A stretch of 38,147 bases of DNA, taken from positions 1-38,147 of the forward strand of contig NW_025214684.1 in NCBI RefSeq assembly GCF_004010195.1, given 5' to 3'. Made by a program: the position numbers and the translations under genes. Shown piece by piece: positions 1-11,344 of this stretch. The notes below the pieces were generated by a model. The model worked only from the letters and a program-made list of their open reading frames with translations. It had not been told where the DNA came from and did no database searches. Numbering within the stretch: position 1 is the stretch's first letter; each line of letters opens with the position of its first letter. This DNA comes from Chiloscyllium plagiosum (lineage: Eukaryota).

Positions 1-700
1 GCCCCTGCCTATGTAACCTCTCCCTATAGCTCAAATCGCCAACCCTGGCAACATCCTTGTAAATCCTTTCAAGTTTCACAACATCATTCTGATAGGAAGG
101 AGACCAGAACTGCATGCAATAGTCCAAAAGTGGCCTAATCAACATCCTGTACAGCCACAGCATGACCTCCCAACTCCTGTACTCAATACTCTGACCAATA
201 AAGGAAAGCATATCAAACGCTTTCTTCACTATCCTATCTACCTGTGACCCCACTTTCAAGGAGCTATGAACTTGCACTCCAAAGTCTCTTGTTCAGTAAC
301 ACTCCCGAGGACCTTACCATTAAGTGTATAAGTCTTGATAAGAATTGCTTCCCAAAATGCAGCACCTCACATTTATCTAAATTAAACTCCATCTGCCACT
401 CCTCAGCCCATTTCCCATTGTAATCTGAGATAACCTTCTTCGCTGTCCACTACACCTCCAATTTTGGTGTCATCTGAAAATTTACTAATTATACCTCCAA
501 TGTTCATATCCAAATCATTTATGTAAATGGCGAAAAGAAGTGGACCCAGCACCGATCATTATGGCACTCCCCTGGTCACAGGCCTCTCGTCTTAAAAACA
601 TTCCTCCACCACCACCCTATGTCTTCCATCTTTGAGCCAGTTCTGTATCCAAATGACTAGTTTTCCCTATATTCCATGGGATTTAACCTTGCTAACCAGT
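1..700 (-). mobile_element. CR1-clade LINE fragment (ORF2 reverse transcriptase region), degenerate
   Basis: The minus strand of ~418-585 reads RPVTRGVP**SVLGPLLFAIYINDLDMNIGGIISKFSDDTKIGGVVDSEEGYLRLQ, i.e. the CR1 RT motifs GVPQGSVLGP and FADD with in-frame stops. The element runs off the left edge of the window. Confidence 0.9.
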
Positions 701-704
701 TGGG

Positions 705-1280
705 AGATCACCCTGGTTCAATGAAGAACATAGGAGGGTGTGCTAGGAGCAGAAGCAGGTATTTTCAAAAATGAGCTGTACAACACAGGACTACCTGCTT
801 GATAGACAGTGGAAGCAAATGCAACCTGAGTGATCGCACAACCAAGGGATCAGATCAAAGTTCTGCAGTGCTGTCACATTGATTCCTGAATGGCAATAAT
901 CAATTAAAGAAGCAACAGGTGAAGGGTCTTCTTAAATGCCCTCATCGTCAATGATGGGGCCCAGCATGATATTCTAAAGGGAGGGATCATTTGAAACCAT
1001 CTTCATCCAGAAGTGTCAATACCATAATTCATCCAGGCCTCAGATTGAGGTTCACGGTATCACAGATGCCTGACATCAGTCAATTCAATTTACTCCCAGA
1101 TGTCAAGAAATGACTGAAGGCACTAGACACTCCAAAGGCTCTGACAACATTCCTCCTCTAACTATGGTATTGAAGACTTATGCACCATAACAGGCTGTTC
1201 CCCTTGCCATGCCATTCCAAGCTGTAATATTACCATCCACACAGTAGTGTGGAAAATTGCCCAGGTATGTCCTGTACAGG
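705..1280 (+). mobile_element. Old LINE fragment (same CR1-group family as 3560-6092)
   Basis: Shares recognisable blocks with the 3560-6092 copy (atcacagatgc..., ctgaaggcactagacactccaaaggct, gaagacttatgcacca, gtggaaaattgcccaggtatgtcctgtac). No intact ORF. Confidence 0.7.
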
Positions 1281-1334
1281 CCCAGTGATACTTACATCCC
1301 GCAAATGAACAAAAACTAATCTTATTTCCTTCAT

Positions 1335-1445
1335 GTGTTGTGAAAGGTCAACAATTCGAAACGTCAAGTCTTTCATTGGTGATACCTGATCTGCATTTTT
1401 CGTTTTTAATTTCAGATTTTCACTTTCAGCAGTAATTTGTTCTTG
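1335..1445 (+). mobile_element. Degenerate Penelope-derived short element with a decayed hammerhead-like motif
   Basis: gtgaaaggtca...cgaaacgtca followed by ...tttttaatttcagatttt...gcagtaatttg resembles the tail of the elements at 35390-35490 and 37060-37230. Confidence 0.45.
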
Positions 1446-2154
1446 AGCAGGTATTATTAAAATTACATTATTTCATATCATGAATGGTTATGCGTCTCTG
1501 TATAATTGAGCCCGACGTTTGTCCAAATCATAACGTTTGTCATGCCCGCGAACAGTTATGTGAAAATAAAATTCAATTTTGTTTGGCGTCAGATGACCTC
1601 CCTCATCACTAAAGCAATGTTGAAATCCACCTCTCAAGCATATCCTTTATAGATTGTAATTGCACTATCTATTTGTAAATTACTAGGTGAAACGAAAGAA
1701 CAAAAATACGGTCTCCTTCGCTTAACCCCATTTGCAAGATCATCCTGAGTTCACAATACGTTTGCTGACGCATCAAAACGCATTAAGAGACAAAAAAAAT
1801 AAATGCACATGCTAAAGCTTAGGGACATCAGAAATCGACATGAAATTTTAAAAAAAATGACAGGCAAGCCGGGCAGATTGCGATCCTGCAAAGCGAGAAA
1901 TTGGTCAAAGCAGGCAATTCCAATGCGTTGAAATAAGCATATCCAACACTTCAGTCGATGTATTCCCCAGCATTTTCCAGTGTTTACCCTTTGGCCGGAT
2001 TGATGCAAACAAATGAAAGTAGAATTTACTGTGGTGGTTTGCTGCAGCAGCCAATAAAACCTGCTGACATTACACTGTACGGGAGCAGCAAGCCGGCCGG
2101 TCAGCCAAGGGCACATGCTCTCCCCAGCGGCAGGCAGTGCGCCGCGGGTCGCCT

Positions 2155-2170
2155 CTGGGAGTTGTAGTCC
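2155..2170 (-). promoter_or_regulatory. ZNF143/THAP11(Ronin)-type ACTACA-TCCC motif
   Basis: Reverse complement is GGACTACAACTCCCAG, matching the well-known vertebrate promoter motif RRACTACAnnTCCCAG. Confidence 0.8.
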
Positions 2171-2220
2171 AGGCGCTCCGGGGGCCGGGGGCTGAGCTAA
2201 GGGAATCGCCGGGCCAAGCG

Positions 2221-2240
2221 GAACTACAACTCCCGGCGGC
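2221..2240 (+). promoter_or_regulatory. ZNF143/THAP11(Ronin)-type ACTACA-TCCC motif
   Basis: GAACTACAACTCCCGGCGGC; its 12-bp core is the exact reverse complement of 2157-2168. Confidence 0.8.
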
Positions 2241-2462
2241 CCTTTCGCAGGGGAGCCGGGCTGGAGGAGGTGGCGAAGCTTGCGCTGTGCAGCGGAGACA
2301 GCGTCTGTCACTCAGAGAAACTTTGTGTGTCTTGTTGACATTTATTGTCACCACCGCCGCTCGGATTCTTTTGCTCATTTCGGCACCACTCCTTCTGTGA
2401 AGAATCTCGATTTAATTTTGTACAGTTCACCCCCCTCCCCAACCCCTCCCCTCCCACCCAAA

Positions 2463-2478
2463 ACACACACACACACAC
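2463..2478. repeat. (AC)n microsatellite in the 5' UTR
   Basis: acacacacacacacac, about 30 nt upstream of the ATG. Confidence 0.9.
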
Positions 2479-2506
2479 TCTCTCCCTTGCGCTGCGTCTC
2501 GCCCCA

Positions 2507-2610
2507 ATGCAGTCTGAGTCGGGAATCGTTCCGGATTTTGAAGTCGGAGAGGAATTTCATGAAGAAGCGAAAACGTTTTACGAGCTGAAGAGTCAGCCTC
2601 TGAGCCGCAG
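2507..2610 (+). CDS. MITF: Microphthalmia-associated transcription factor, isoform A first coding exon (exon 1A); partial CDS
   Basis: ATG at 2507; 34 codons plus 2 nt encode MQSESGIVPDFEVGEEFHEEAKTFYELKSQPLSR. Against the recalled human MITF-A N-terminus MQSESGIVPDFEVGEEFHEEPKTYYELKSQPLKS this is 30/34 identical. It ends at a splice donor CAG|GTCAGT (2611) and lies in a CpG island. TFE3 has a related internal motif (ESGIVAD...FYELKSQPL) but not at the extreme N-terminus. Confidence 0.96.
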
Positions 2611-3559
2611 GTCAGTGGGGACAGGGGGGTGACCTGGGCTGGGCTGATCACTGTCCATGAGCTGCTCCATCTCCAGCAGCAACAAGCCTCCCCAGGCCAG
2701 GACAATGTGCTGGTACCCCAGGGGAATGAGCCAGGGCTGGGTGGGCAGATGCTCATTCACTGACACTCCGCACATTCCTCGGACTGTTCCCAAATGTCAA
2801 CACATCCCACCCCTCGAACTGTGCCGGCGGTAGTTACGCTTATTTATGTAAGCAGCGTGTTAGCTCTGAGAAGCCTTTTAAAACAAACAATTTTTTTAAA
2901 AAAAGAGACTCTCTTAGCGGGGTGTGTACCGAATGGGCAAGAATTCTCTGCCCTTCCAAGTACTGAACGTGGAGGTTGTGTCAAGAATACAGTCCAGTGC
3001 AAAAGCTTGGCGTCGCTTTCTGAAACAGAACCTCGGTGCAGCGTTTAAAGCGCAATAATTTCCAAGGTCTCCCTTTTAATCCTTAAAAAATAAACAAGGG
3101 GAGAAAATCCCCGCTGATCGGCTTGTGGGAGCATTTCGTTGTTGTTGTTGTGCACATTAATTAAATGGGGAAGTCAGATCTGAGAGGTTGAATAATTGGT
3201 TGGCATTTAATAACTGTCAGATTTTAACTAATGGAATTCGGACACGTTGCATATGTGCAACGCTGTTGTATACCTCACCTGGTCTCGTATGCAGGTTTAG
3301 ACGTGATAGTAAAAACATTGGCTAAACGGATTTTAAGAAATACCTTCTTGTAAACACATTGCACAGTTTATTTTTAGTATTCATGTTATACGCTACCGAA
3401 ATATTTACCAGGGTGAACCAACAATTGAACCATATGGCAAGCACAGATGCTGTGACTCACCCTCTAGGGGTTAATGTATGTATAGCCAGGATGTTTCTAA
3501 GAGCTACTTTATTCGTTCAGGTGACACAACACAACAAAAAGAGGAGTCCTACTGGAGTC

Positions 3560-6092
3560 TTGAGAATGAGTGTTCATCTTGTTTCAACATAAGCGCCAAT
3601 TTCAGGATTGGCATTTTAAAAAAAATTGTTGTCACTGGTTCTTTGTTGCTCAATCTCATCATTGGTCATATCTTTGGATGGTTGCGAGGGAACATTCAAA
3701 ACTGTATCATGTCTTATTCAAGGCTAAGCAATTCTACAATCAGTGGGTCAGATCATATTTGTCTAGCCCTGTCATGTCATCGCTGAATGGTGGTGAACAA
3801 TTAGACACCAACATGAGCTGGAGACTTCACAAACATGTCCATCTTCAATGAAGGGGACTCCCAGTGCTCCAGTGCAAAAGTCAAGGCTGACACATTTGCA
3901 GCCATCCTCACCTAGAAGTATGGAATAGATGATCCACCTTGTCTGGCACCTGAGCTCGCCAACATCACAGATGCTAATTTTCAATCATTTTCATTCAGTC
4001 CTGTCTAACCCACCACCTCATTTGTGCTTTTCTGTTTAAGTGAAGTGCCAAGCCCTACAATGAGGTGTGTGCCCATCAGCGATTGCGGCTGGGGGAAGAG
4101 TACGTGGGCATTCAGTGATTAAGGGATGTCCAATGGCCAGCAGCCAGAAGACAGTATTATGGTGGTGTGATGTCAATGCCACCATCTGCATAAATGCAGC
4201 TTGCCAGTGGCCACCTTTGCCTGCTGTCTTGGCATTGGCAACATACACACTCTCAGAAAAAAACAACTGAGTGCACTGGATACTACAAAGGCTGTTGATC
4301 AATAATATTGAAGACTTGTGTTCCAGTGCTAGCCATGTCCTGAACCAAGTTATTTCAGTACAGCTATAACACTGACACATATCTGACAAATGAAAAAAAA
4401 TCATCAGATATGTCCTGTCTACAAAGAAAAAGACAAATCTAACCCTGCCAGTTATTACCCTATCAGTCTACTTTCATAGAAGAATAGTGGAATTCCTACA
4501 GTGTGGAAAAAGGCCATTCGGCCCATTGAGTCCACACCAAGTCTCTGAACAACATCCCACCTACAATGTAACCCTCCATTTCTCATGGCTAATCTCCATA
4601 GCCTGCACATGCCTGGACACTATGAGTAATTTAGCACAGCCAATCCACCTAGCCAGCACATCTTTGAACTGTGAGAGGAAACCGGAGCACTGAGAGGAAA
4701 CCCACACAGACACGAGGAGAACGTGCAAAGTCCACACCTAAGACAGTCACCCAAGGCTGGAACCGAACCCAGGTCCCCGGTCCTGTGAAGCAGCAATGCT
4801 AACTACTGAGACACCATTCAATCAGAAAAATGACGAAAAGTGTCATCAGTAGTGCTACTAGTATCAGTTATTCAGCAATATCTTGCCTTACTGATGCTTA
4901 GTTTGAGTTCTGCCAGGACCCCTGGGCTCCAGACTTCATTACAGTCATATTCCAAACATGGACAGAAGAGGTAAACTCAGAGAGCTGAGAGTGACTGTCA
5001 TTGATACCAGTGCACCATGTGGCTAAGTGTGCAATCAGGGAGACATGGCAAAATTGAAATAAATGGGAATCGGGGTAATAGCTCCATTGGAAGAAAGTGA
5101 GGACTGCAGATGCTGGAGATGTTGTTGTTGGATGTCAAATCATTCTGAGTCCCAGGACGTCAATGCAGGAGTTCCTCAGGTTAGCGATCCTCCTGTCGTG
5201 AGATCAGAAGTAGAGATACTTGTTGGTGATTTCATTGCTCAGCAGTATTTGCATTTCTTCAGTTACTGAAGCTATCTCTATCTCTATGCAGCAAGATATT
5301 GGTGACAGTTCAGGCTTGAAAATAGACAGGTAATAGTTGTGCTACACAAGTATTATGAAACTACCATTTCCAACATAAATATATCTAACCAGTTTCTTTT
5401 GACATTCAGTATAATTACCATCTCTGAATTCTCCTCAGTCGTCATCCTAGTGGTTATGATTGACTAGAAACTGAACTGACCCAACCATTTAAATATTGTG
5501 TCCATAGATCAATTCAGAGGTGAATAATGTATTCCTGGCTCCCCACATCCTCCCCACCACCTTCAATCTCCAAATAAGCAGAGTTGTGGAATTCTCAACT
5601 TGCTTGAATGAATGCAGCTCCAACTACACCAGAAGCTTGATATCATCCTGGACAAAACTGCATACTTCACTGGACTCCCATCCGCTACCTTCAGTATTCA
5701 CTTTGCTCACCACCGGTGTACAGTGTTTACTATCTACAAGGTGCGCAGCAGCAACTCATCAATGCTACCTCATCAGCACCTTCCAAATGTATGACCTCTA
5801 CCTCCTAGTAGGACAAGGATAGCAGATCCATAAAGAGATCACTGCAGTCTGCAGACCTCACTTTCTCCAGAGAGATCACTGCCTACAAGATTTCCCCAGG
5901 CCACATGTCATCTTGACTTGGAGCTATATTCTTTCATTGTGACTGGATGAAAATCCTGGAACTCAATTCCTCACACCACCGTACTTACACTAAGTGGATT
6001 GCAATAGTTCAAGAAGGTAGCTCACCAAATTCTCAAGGCGAGTAAATGTTGGCCTTGTCCATGATGCCCATATTGCATGCAAGAATAAAAAA
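3560..6092 (+). mobile_element. Decayed CR1-group LINE (ORF2 RT through 3' end) with nested insertions
   Basis: RT motif remnant SQDVNAGVPQ at ~5150-5180, KSNPASYYPISLL-like stretch at ~4435-4473, and an A-rich 3' end (...gcatgcaagaataaaaaa at 6092). Interrupted at ~4005-4250, 4477-4816 and 5094-5120. Confidence 0.75.
4477..4816 (-). mobile_element. HE1-type V-SINE (tRNA-derived, elasmobranch)
   Basis: Minus strand starts ggtgtctcagtagttagc (A box) ... gggttcggttcc (B box), has the central V-domain gtgtgggtttcctctcagtgctccggtttcctc and a LINE-derived tail ...ttccacactgtaggaattc. Host LINE sequence resumes on both sides. Confidence 0.85.
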
Positions 6093-9034
6093 GGACATGC
6101 TTCACAAATACCAGTTTGCCTCGGTCCTTTGCTGTAGAAAGTAGCAGCATGTATTATTTTTGCCAGTTTGTCACGTTACAAGTAACTTTTTCTGGTTCTG
6201 CTTATTTATAAAGGTTTTCTTGTTGGGAACATTGTACTCATTCCTTTAAAACTGTTGTGCTTTGATATGAATCAGTTTGTAGCCAAATGTTAGAGAGCTG
6301 AGAACTAAAGCTACGATCTACCCTCAGCCTGAATCATTGCAGTATAATAATGTTTTCCACTGCAGATCAGATCACATTGGGTTTTAAAAAGCTGTGCTAT
6401 TTTGGTGAAATTTTGCCAATAGATCTGTACATCTGAGATTATTTCAGTTATTTCTATGACAGATGTGATTAATTAACACAAGTGATTGTTTGCTTCTACC
6501 TGTCTCTGGGGACAGATGTACTTTTCCAGGTATTTCTACACCTGCTTCTGGCAGCATAATCTTTTGGTGGCAACAGTTTTGTTGTTCTTAAAGTAAAGCT
6601 TTGCAGCAGTGAGCTGTGTTTTGCATCGTTAGAATACACCCTAGCAAATTATTATGTAAACCTAAAAGGATTTAATGTGACAGTGTCATTTAGGTTTGGT
6701 GAAGGGAAAAGCAACGTAACCTATGGAAATGTATTGTCTAGTTTAACAATGATATTAGATTCATTCACTAAGCTTGTAGAGCATTGAAACATGAGTCATC
6801 CATTTAGTCAATTGAAACTGTTCTGTGGAAATACATTTTAACAAATTTAACATTACAGTAATATCTTGGAGAGTCTGAGTAAAAAAAACGCCTTCACAGT
6901 TAGTTTTAACAACTTTTGAACAATGGTTTGAATTCATTTTACTTTGTTGACCTCCCGAACATTTAAGTTGCCAGTGAAATCACTTTGTCATTTTCCCCAC
7001 AGTTATCTGTCTTCACCACCACTTCTGTCCCTCTTTTGCCAAATCCCTAAATCATGCTTCTCATATCTGATGTTCTCTAAATTCCACTTCAAACAACCAG
7101 CCATTCAGAGTGCACTATGTTATGTTGTCACCCAAAGTGAGGCCTATCATCATTTTTGTTTCTGAACAGATGGAAAGCTTGCTTTAAAAATAACAATCTC
7201 ACATTCAACTCTCACCAATACCATCACTCTTCAGGTTCTTCGCTTTCTCCCTGCCCATGCACAACCTTCTACTCCAGAATTCTCTTGTTCTGACAACTTT
7301 AGTCTTCGGGAGCTTGTCAGATCTCCAGGTTTATATCTCCCTCCATCTCTTTGGAAATCTTCTTATGCCCTTTTTTGTCATGTGCTCCCCTCTAACCCTC
7401 TAAGATTATTTTGCATCATCCCTTTACATGATCACTTAAATAAAGTGTTGTCTAAGTGGAACTGCAGAAGTTATTGAATGTCAAGAAGTGTTGCAGTTGT
7501 ATGAATTAGCCACCATGTGGCTTTTTCTTAGGCTGAGCAAATTAATTAAAAGTATGAAGTTATGATATTAAGTTAGATATGAATTCACTTAATTCCAGTT
7601 AGGTGAAAATTTGTGGTTTAGGCAAAATTCTCTGTTCATGTTCTTTCATAAAATATGAGTTATAATATTGAAATACATGTGTGACAAATACATGCTCTGC
7701 AACAGCAATATATATTGGTCTACTTTCTGTTTGGGCAGCTTTACAGATGTAGGAGTTTTATTCCCCAGACTTTTGCATGTTAAGGTACTATCATTCATGA
7801 AAATGTTTGTGCATTAAAAATTAAATATTATAATTATCTGTGTTTAAACAGTTTCTTATTAAACATAGCAATAAGTAGAACATTGCAGTTTGGTACTGAA
7901 TCTTACATTTTACAGTTGTTCATAGATAATCATTTACTTATTGCTCGCTTTTGAGGAATTTCATTTTATACAGCTATCTAAAGGTTATGCTGTGTATATT
8001 GTTGTTTTTATTAAATGAAACATTAGAGACTAACACAAATGATGTAACACCTACTGCTAAATTAAGATTGAAGGTTATCTGGATTTATCTTCAATCTCTA
8101 GGCAACCAAGCAGCACGAAATTAGTTTGCAAAATGCCTGAGCAGGCTGACATTTTCTTTTGACCAGATAGGGAAATGCTATGAAGTATCAGAACTTCTAT
8201 GGCAATTTTCAATACACATCTAATTTACTGTGCTGAATAAAAGACAGAAAATTATCTACAAAATTCATAGTACAATTTAGTTATGGATTCCCAAATTGTA
8301 ACCTAACCTGGGCAGTGCAGTAAATAGTAAGCTAATCAGGATTGATTGGAATTTCTTTTTGATGCTGAGTTTTGTAGTCAGTTAGTTATTCCCTGATATA
8401 AAATGGACATCTCAACACTTCCATGCTGAAAAACACACAATTATGCACAATGTTGAGGACTGTTTTAGAAAATATGTGAGAATCTTATACAATCCCCAAA
8501 GCTTATTCTGCATTTGAATTGTAGTGAAGTACATTTTTGAATATATTGTGCAAGGTTTTTTAAACATGTATTCAGAGGTTTATGCTGAGACTCATTGGAG
8601 TTTCTTGGTTGATTTCAGATTGTTCTCAGATATTTTAGTTAAAATTTGTTTGTAAGGAAATAACTGAAAACATAAGTCAACTACACATTTAAAGGAAAAG
8701 GGTATGTATAAGTTCAGGGAATGACAGAACTACGCCGTATAACATCAGTAAGCACAGAAGGAGGCCATTCAGCCTGTTATACCTTTCCTGGCAATTTGAA
8801 AGAACTACACAGTTAAAATGCAAAATAAATGCAAATACATTCTCAAAATTGGATTTTATTTTTCTTTAGTTGATTCATTCTGCAGGGTTAGTGCGAGTTT
8901 AGGAGAATAGCAACTTTGCTTGCTGGCTCTTTTGTCCCATTTTTAATTCCACGTCCAGTTTTTTTGGCAATTTTACTGATCAGTTCTGTGCAATGAGACT
9001 TTCTGATTGGATTGAGATTGCCAATCGAATTATA

Positions 9035-9250
9035 AATAGTGCTGTCTTTTTGATGAGGTGTTAAACTAAAGTCTAATCTACATGTTCAATGGATTGTCTA
9101 TCAGTCAGCCAAAAATCCCACATGATGCAATTTGATTCAGCAAGGAATTCTTGATGAGAATTTTATTTCTCCTTCAGTTACGTTTGGATTGTGGTTGGCC
9201 ATTCATGTTACTGTTGAGTGTGGAATCTTGCAGGCTAAAATGGCTCTTTG
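9035..9250 (+). mobile_element. Deu-domain SINE remnant (SacSINE1/AmnSINE1-like)
   Basis: gtgctgtctttttgatgaggtgttaaact...aaaaatcccacatg...tgtggaatcttgc...aaatggct resembles the recalled Deu central domain. Highly diverged. Confidence 0.5.
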
Positions 9251-11344
9251 TTTGATGAAACTTTCAAATTAATTCCTTGAGTGTGTAGCCTTTTTTGCAA
9301 TATTCCTGAGCGAGACATGATTTGTTCCTGCATAGTAAAGGTATATTTGCCTTTTTCCTAACTTGAGGAATACATGGTCGTACGTGCTTGATTTGAAGTT
9401 GAAAATTGCAGTCAGTTGATTTTAATGTTGTTTCCTTTTGGCACAGTAAAGTCAATGAGAATGTCACAGCTGCTTCAAGAGGGAGCAGCTATACTGGGGT
9501 GGACTGTAAAGCTAAGTGCCTTAATATTGGGAGTCAGTCATATTTCTGGCCATCAGTGGACTGAGCGGCTTTATTTGGACAGACCCGAAAAGCAGTTTTA
9601 TACTCTTGCAAACTTCTTGGCGAATGTAGATTTGGCATAAGTAATAATATTGTTTCACAGAATTTTTGGCTGCAATGCAATTCATTGTATGTTTAAAAAT
9701 GAATTTTATTCGACATTGCCTTGAGATCTGAGGTACTATGTATATTTTCGCTATGTGTGTTTTACATTTTATTTGAGTCATTAGATCAAATAAAGATTGT
9801 GTTTGAAATTCCATGTGCACCTTATGTGCAAAGATGTGCAAACATTGCAAATGAATCATACAAGATGTTAGTTATATCCTTCTTAACCTTCAGACATCAT
9901 ATTTGTCAAAATAGGATGGGTTCTGAACTCAGCTGTGCTAGTGCTGGCCAGTCTCAGCTGGTAGCTTGTACACTGGCATATTTTCTACATAGTGATAACT
10001 ACAGCAATTTAACTTTTTCATTACCAAGGTGGCAATGAGAGGGATCTTGCTGAAGAATTGTAATTAAATAATTGCTGTATTAAATAGATTATATCAAATA
10101 CCAGTGAAACTGAAGGTATAGCCAAAACAAATGAGGTCAGCGTGCTTACTGTTTGCTGTCAGAACCAAATTTGCTTTTATTTAAAATCCAGAAATCAGAT
10201 TTGAGGAGAAATTATTAAAATCCTTAGCAATTTTTATTATTTACAGAGTTTTGTCATTATATGGTATTCTTTTTGACATTAGAAGTATAAATAATAATTG
10301 CAAATTTGTTATTTGCACTAATTCTAAAACCAAGGTAATGCACAATTGGGCTTCTCGAAAGATACACATTTATTCATGAACAAAAGTCTGGTGGGTGTGA
10401 AGAGTGAGGTAGTGATGGGGAAACCCACAGGTCCTTTTCATTTGGAGATCCTGTTGCTACTTATTATTGTTGTCCACTTCTGATCACTGCCTGGCAGCCA
10501 TGCAAAGTTACAAGCTAGAGTTGGCACTCTTTATGGATCATCTTGAAAAAGCAAGAGAGATTAGATCTTGTTAGGGTCATGGCTTTTTGGCAGAAGGAAT
10601 GTTGCAGCCTAGTTAGAGACTAGCCATTGGAAAGAAAGGATGGATCAGGGCTTGAAGAAATAGGGCCAACACCAGAATACTGAGGTGAGGCTGAAAAGGA
10701 GCTGTTTGGTTGCTCCTGACCTCTAGCAGTTCTGTTAAAGCATTTACATGCTGGATCTGTCGGTTTCTGTTTGCCTCCATTCCATTCTTAGGCTTTCTGA
10801 ACCCTGCGAAATACAGCCTGCAGCTGTTCAATTTAAATTCAGTTCCCCAAGAGAGGCAAACTCCTCATCATCCAGGAAAGTGAGAACAGTGACAGGTATC
10901 ATGTTGTACTTAGATGTTGTGCTCATGATTTTTAACTTTTAACCTCTCCCTTTCATTGCAGGCATTTCATATTGTTCGTAAGATATTTCTTTTTGTGAAC
11001 AAGGTTGTAATGTTTTTGGAATGCATTCTTTGGTATATTTCTGTTGAAAATGTGACACTTGAATGACCGAGCATTCTAGGAGGGAATCTGTCTCTTGCCT
11101 CTAGGAGATGTTGCCTGTTACCCAATGGACCTCCTTTACTTCAATTTGTCAATATTATTGAAGGCTGTACTCAACGTGGTGATTTTGAAGGTGAGAATGA
11201 GTGAGGCAGACAGTGAGGGATTGTTATGCTTAGTGCACTAAGCTGCCATTTGCTTCATAGTGAAATATCAAAAGGAGAGGAAGGTAAATGAAATAGATCT
11301 GATAAAATCTTGATTTTAATATTTTCATCTTGCTTTTTAAATAC

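Larger units (their letters stand above)
2040..2720. promoter_or_regulatory. CpG island / MITF-A promoter and 5' UTR
   Basis: Abrupt rise in GC and CpG density relative to the CpG-depleted flanks; CpG enrichment tails out to roughly 1490-3310. Includes a CCAAT box (cagCCAATa, 2051-2055) and encloses the first coding exon. There is no ATG between 2161 and 2506. Confidence 0.85.

Noticed and set aside
2112..2117. CACATG E-box as an MITF autoregulatory M-box
   Set aside because: It lacks the flanking base of the M-box (TCATGTG / CACATGA); a single hexamer is not evidence.
2405..2425. tttaattttgtacag as a splice acceptor making exon 1A an internal exon
   Set aside because: No convincing upstream donor was seen, and the promoter motifs lie only ~200 bp upstream, which fits a first exon.
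2345..2632. ORF-track 95-aa ORF as a complete gene
   Set aside because: It starts at a non-ATG codon in the 5' UTR and reads through the splice donor. The real coding part is 2507-2610.
1751..2793. Many overlapping ORFs of 60-186 aa on both strands around the promoter
   Set aside because: Expected in GC-rich CpG-island DNA; low-complexity Pro/Ala/Gly content with no recognisable domain. Only 2507-2610 matches a known protein.
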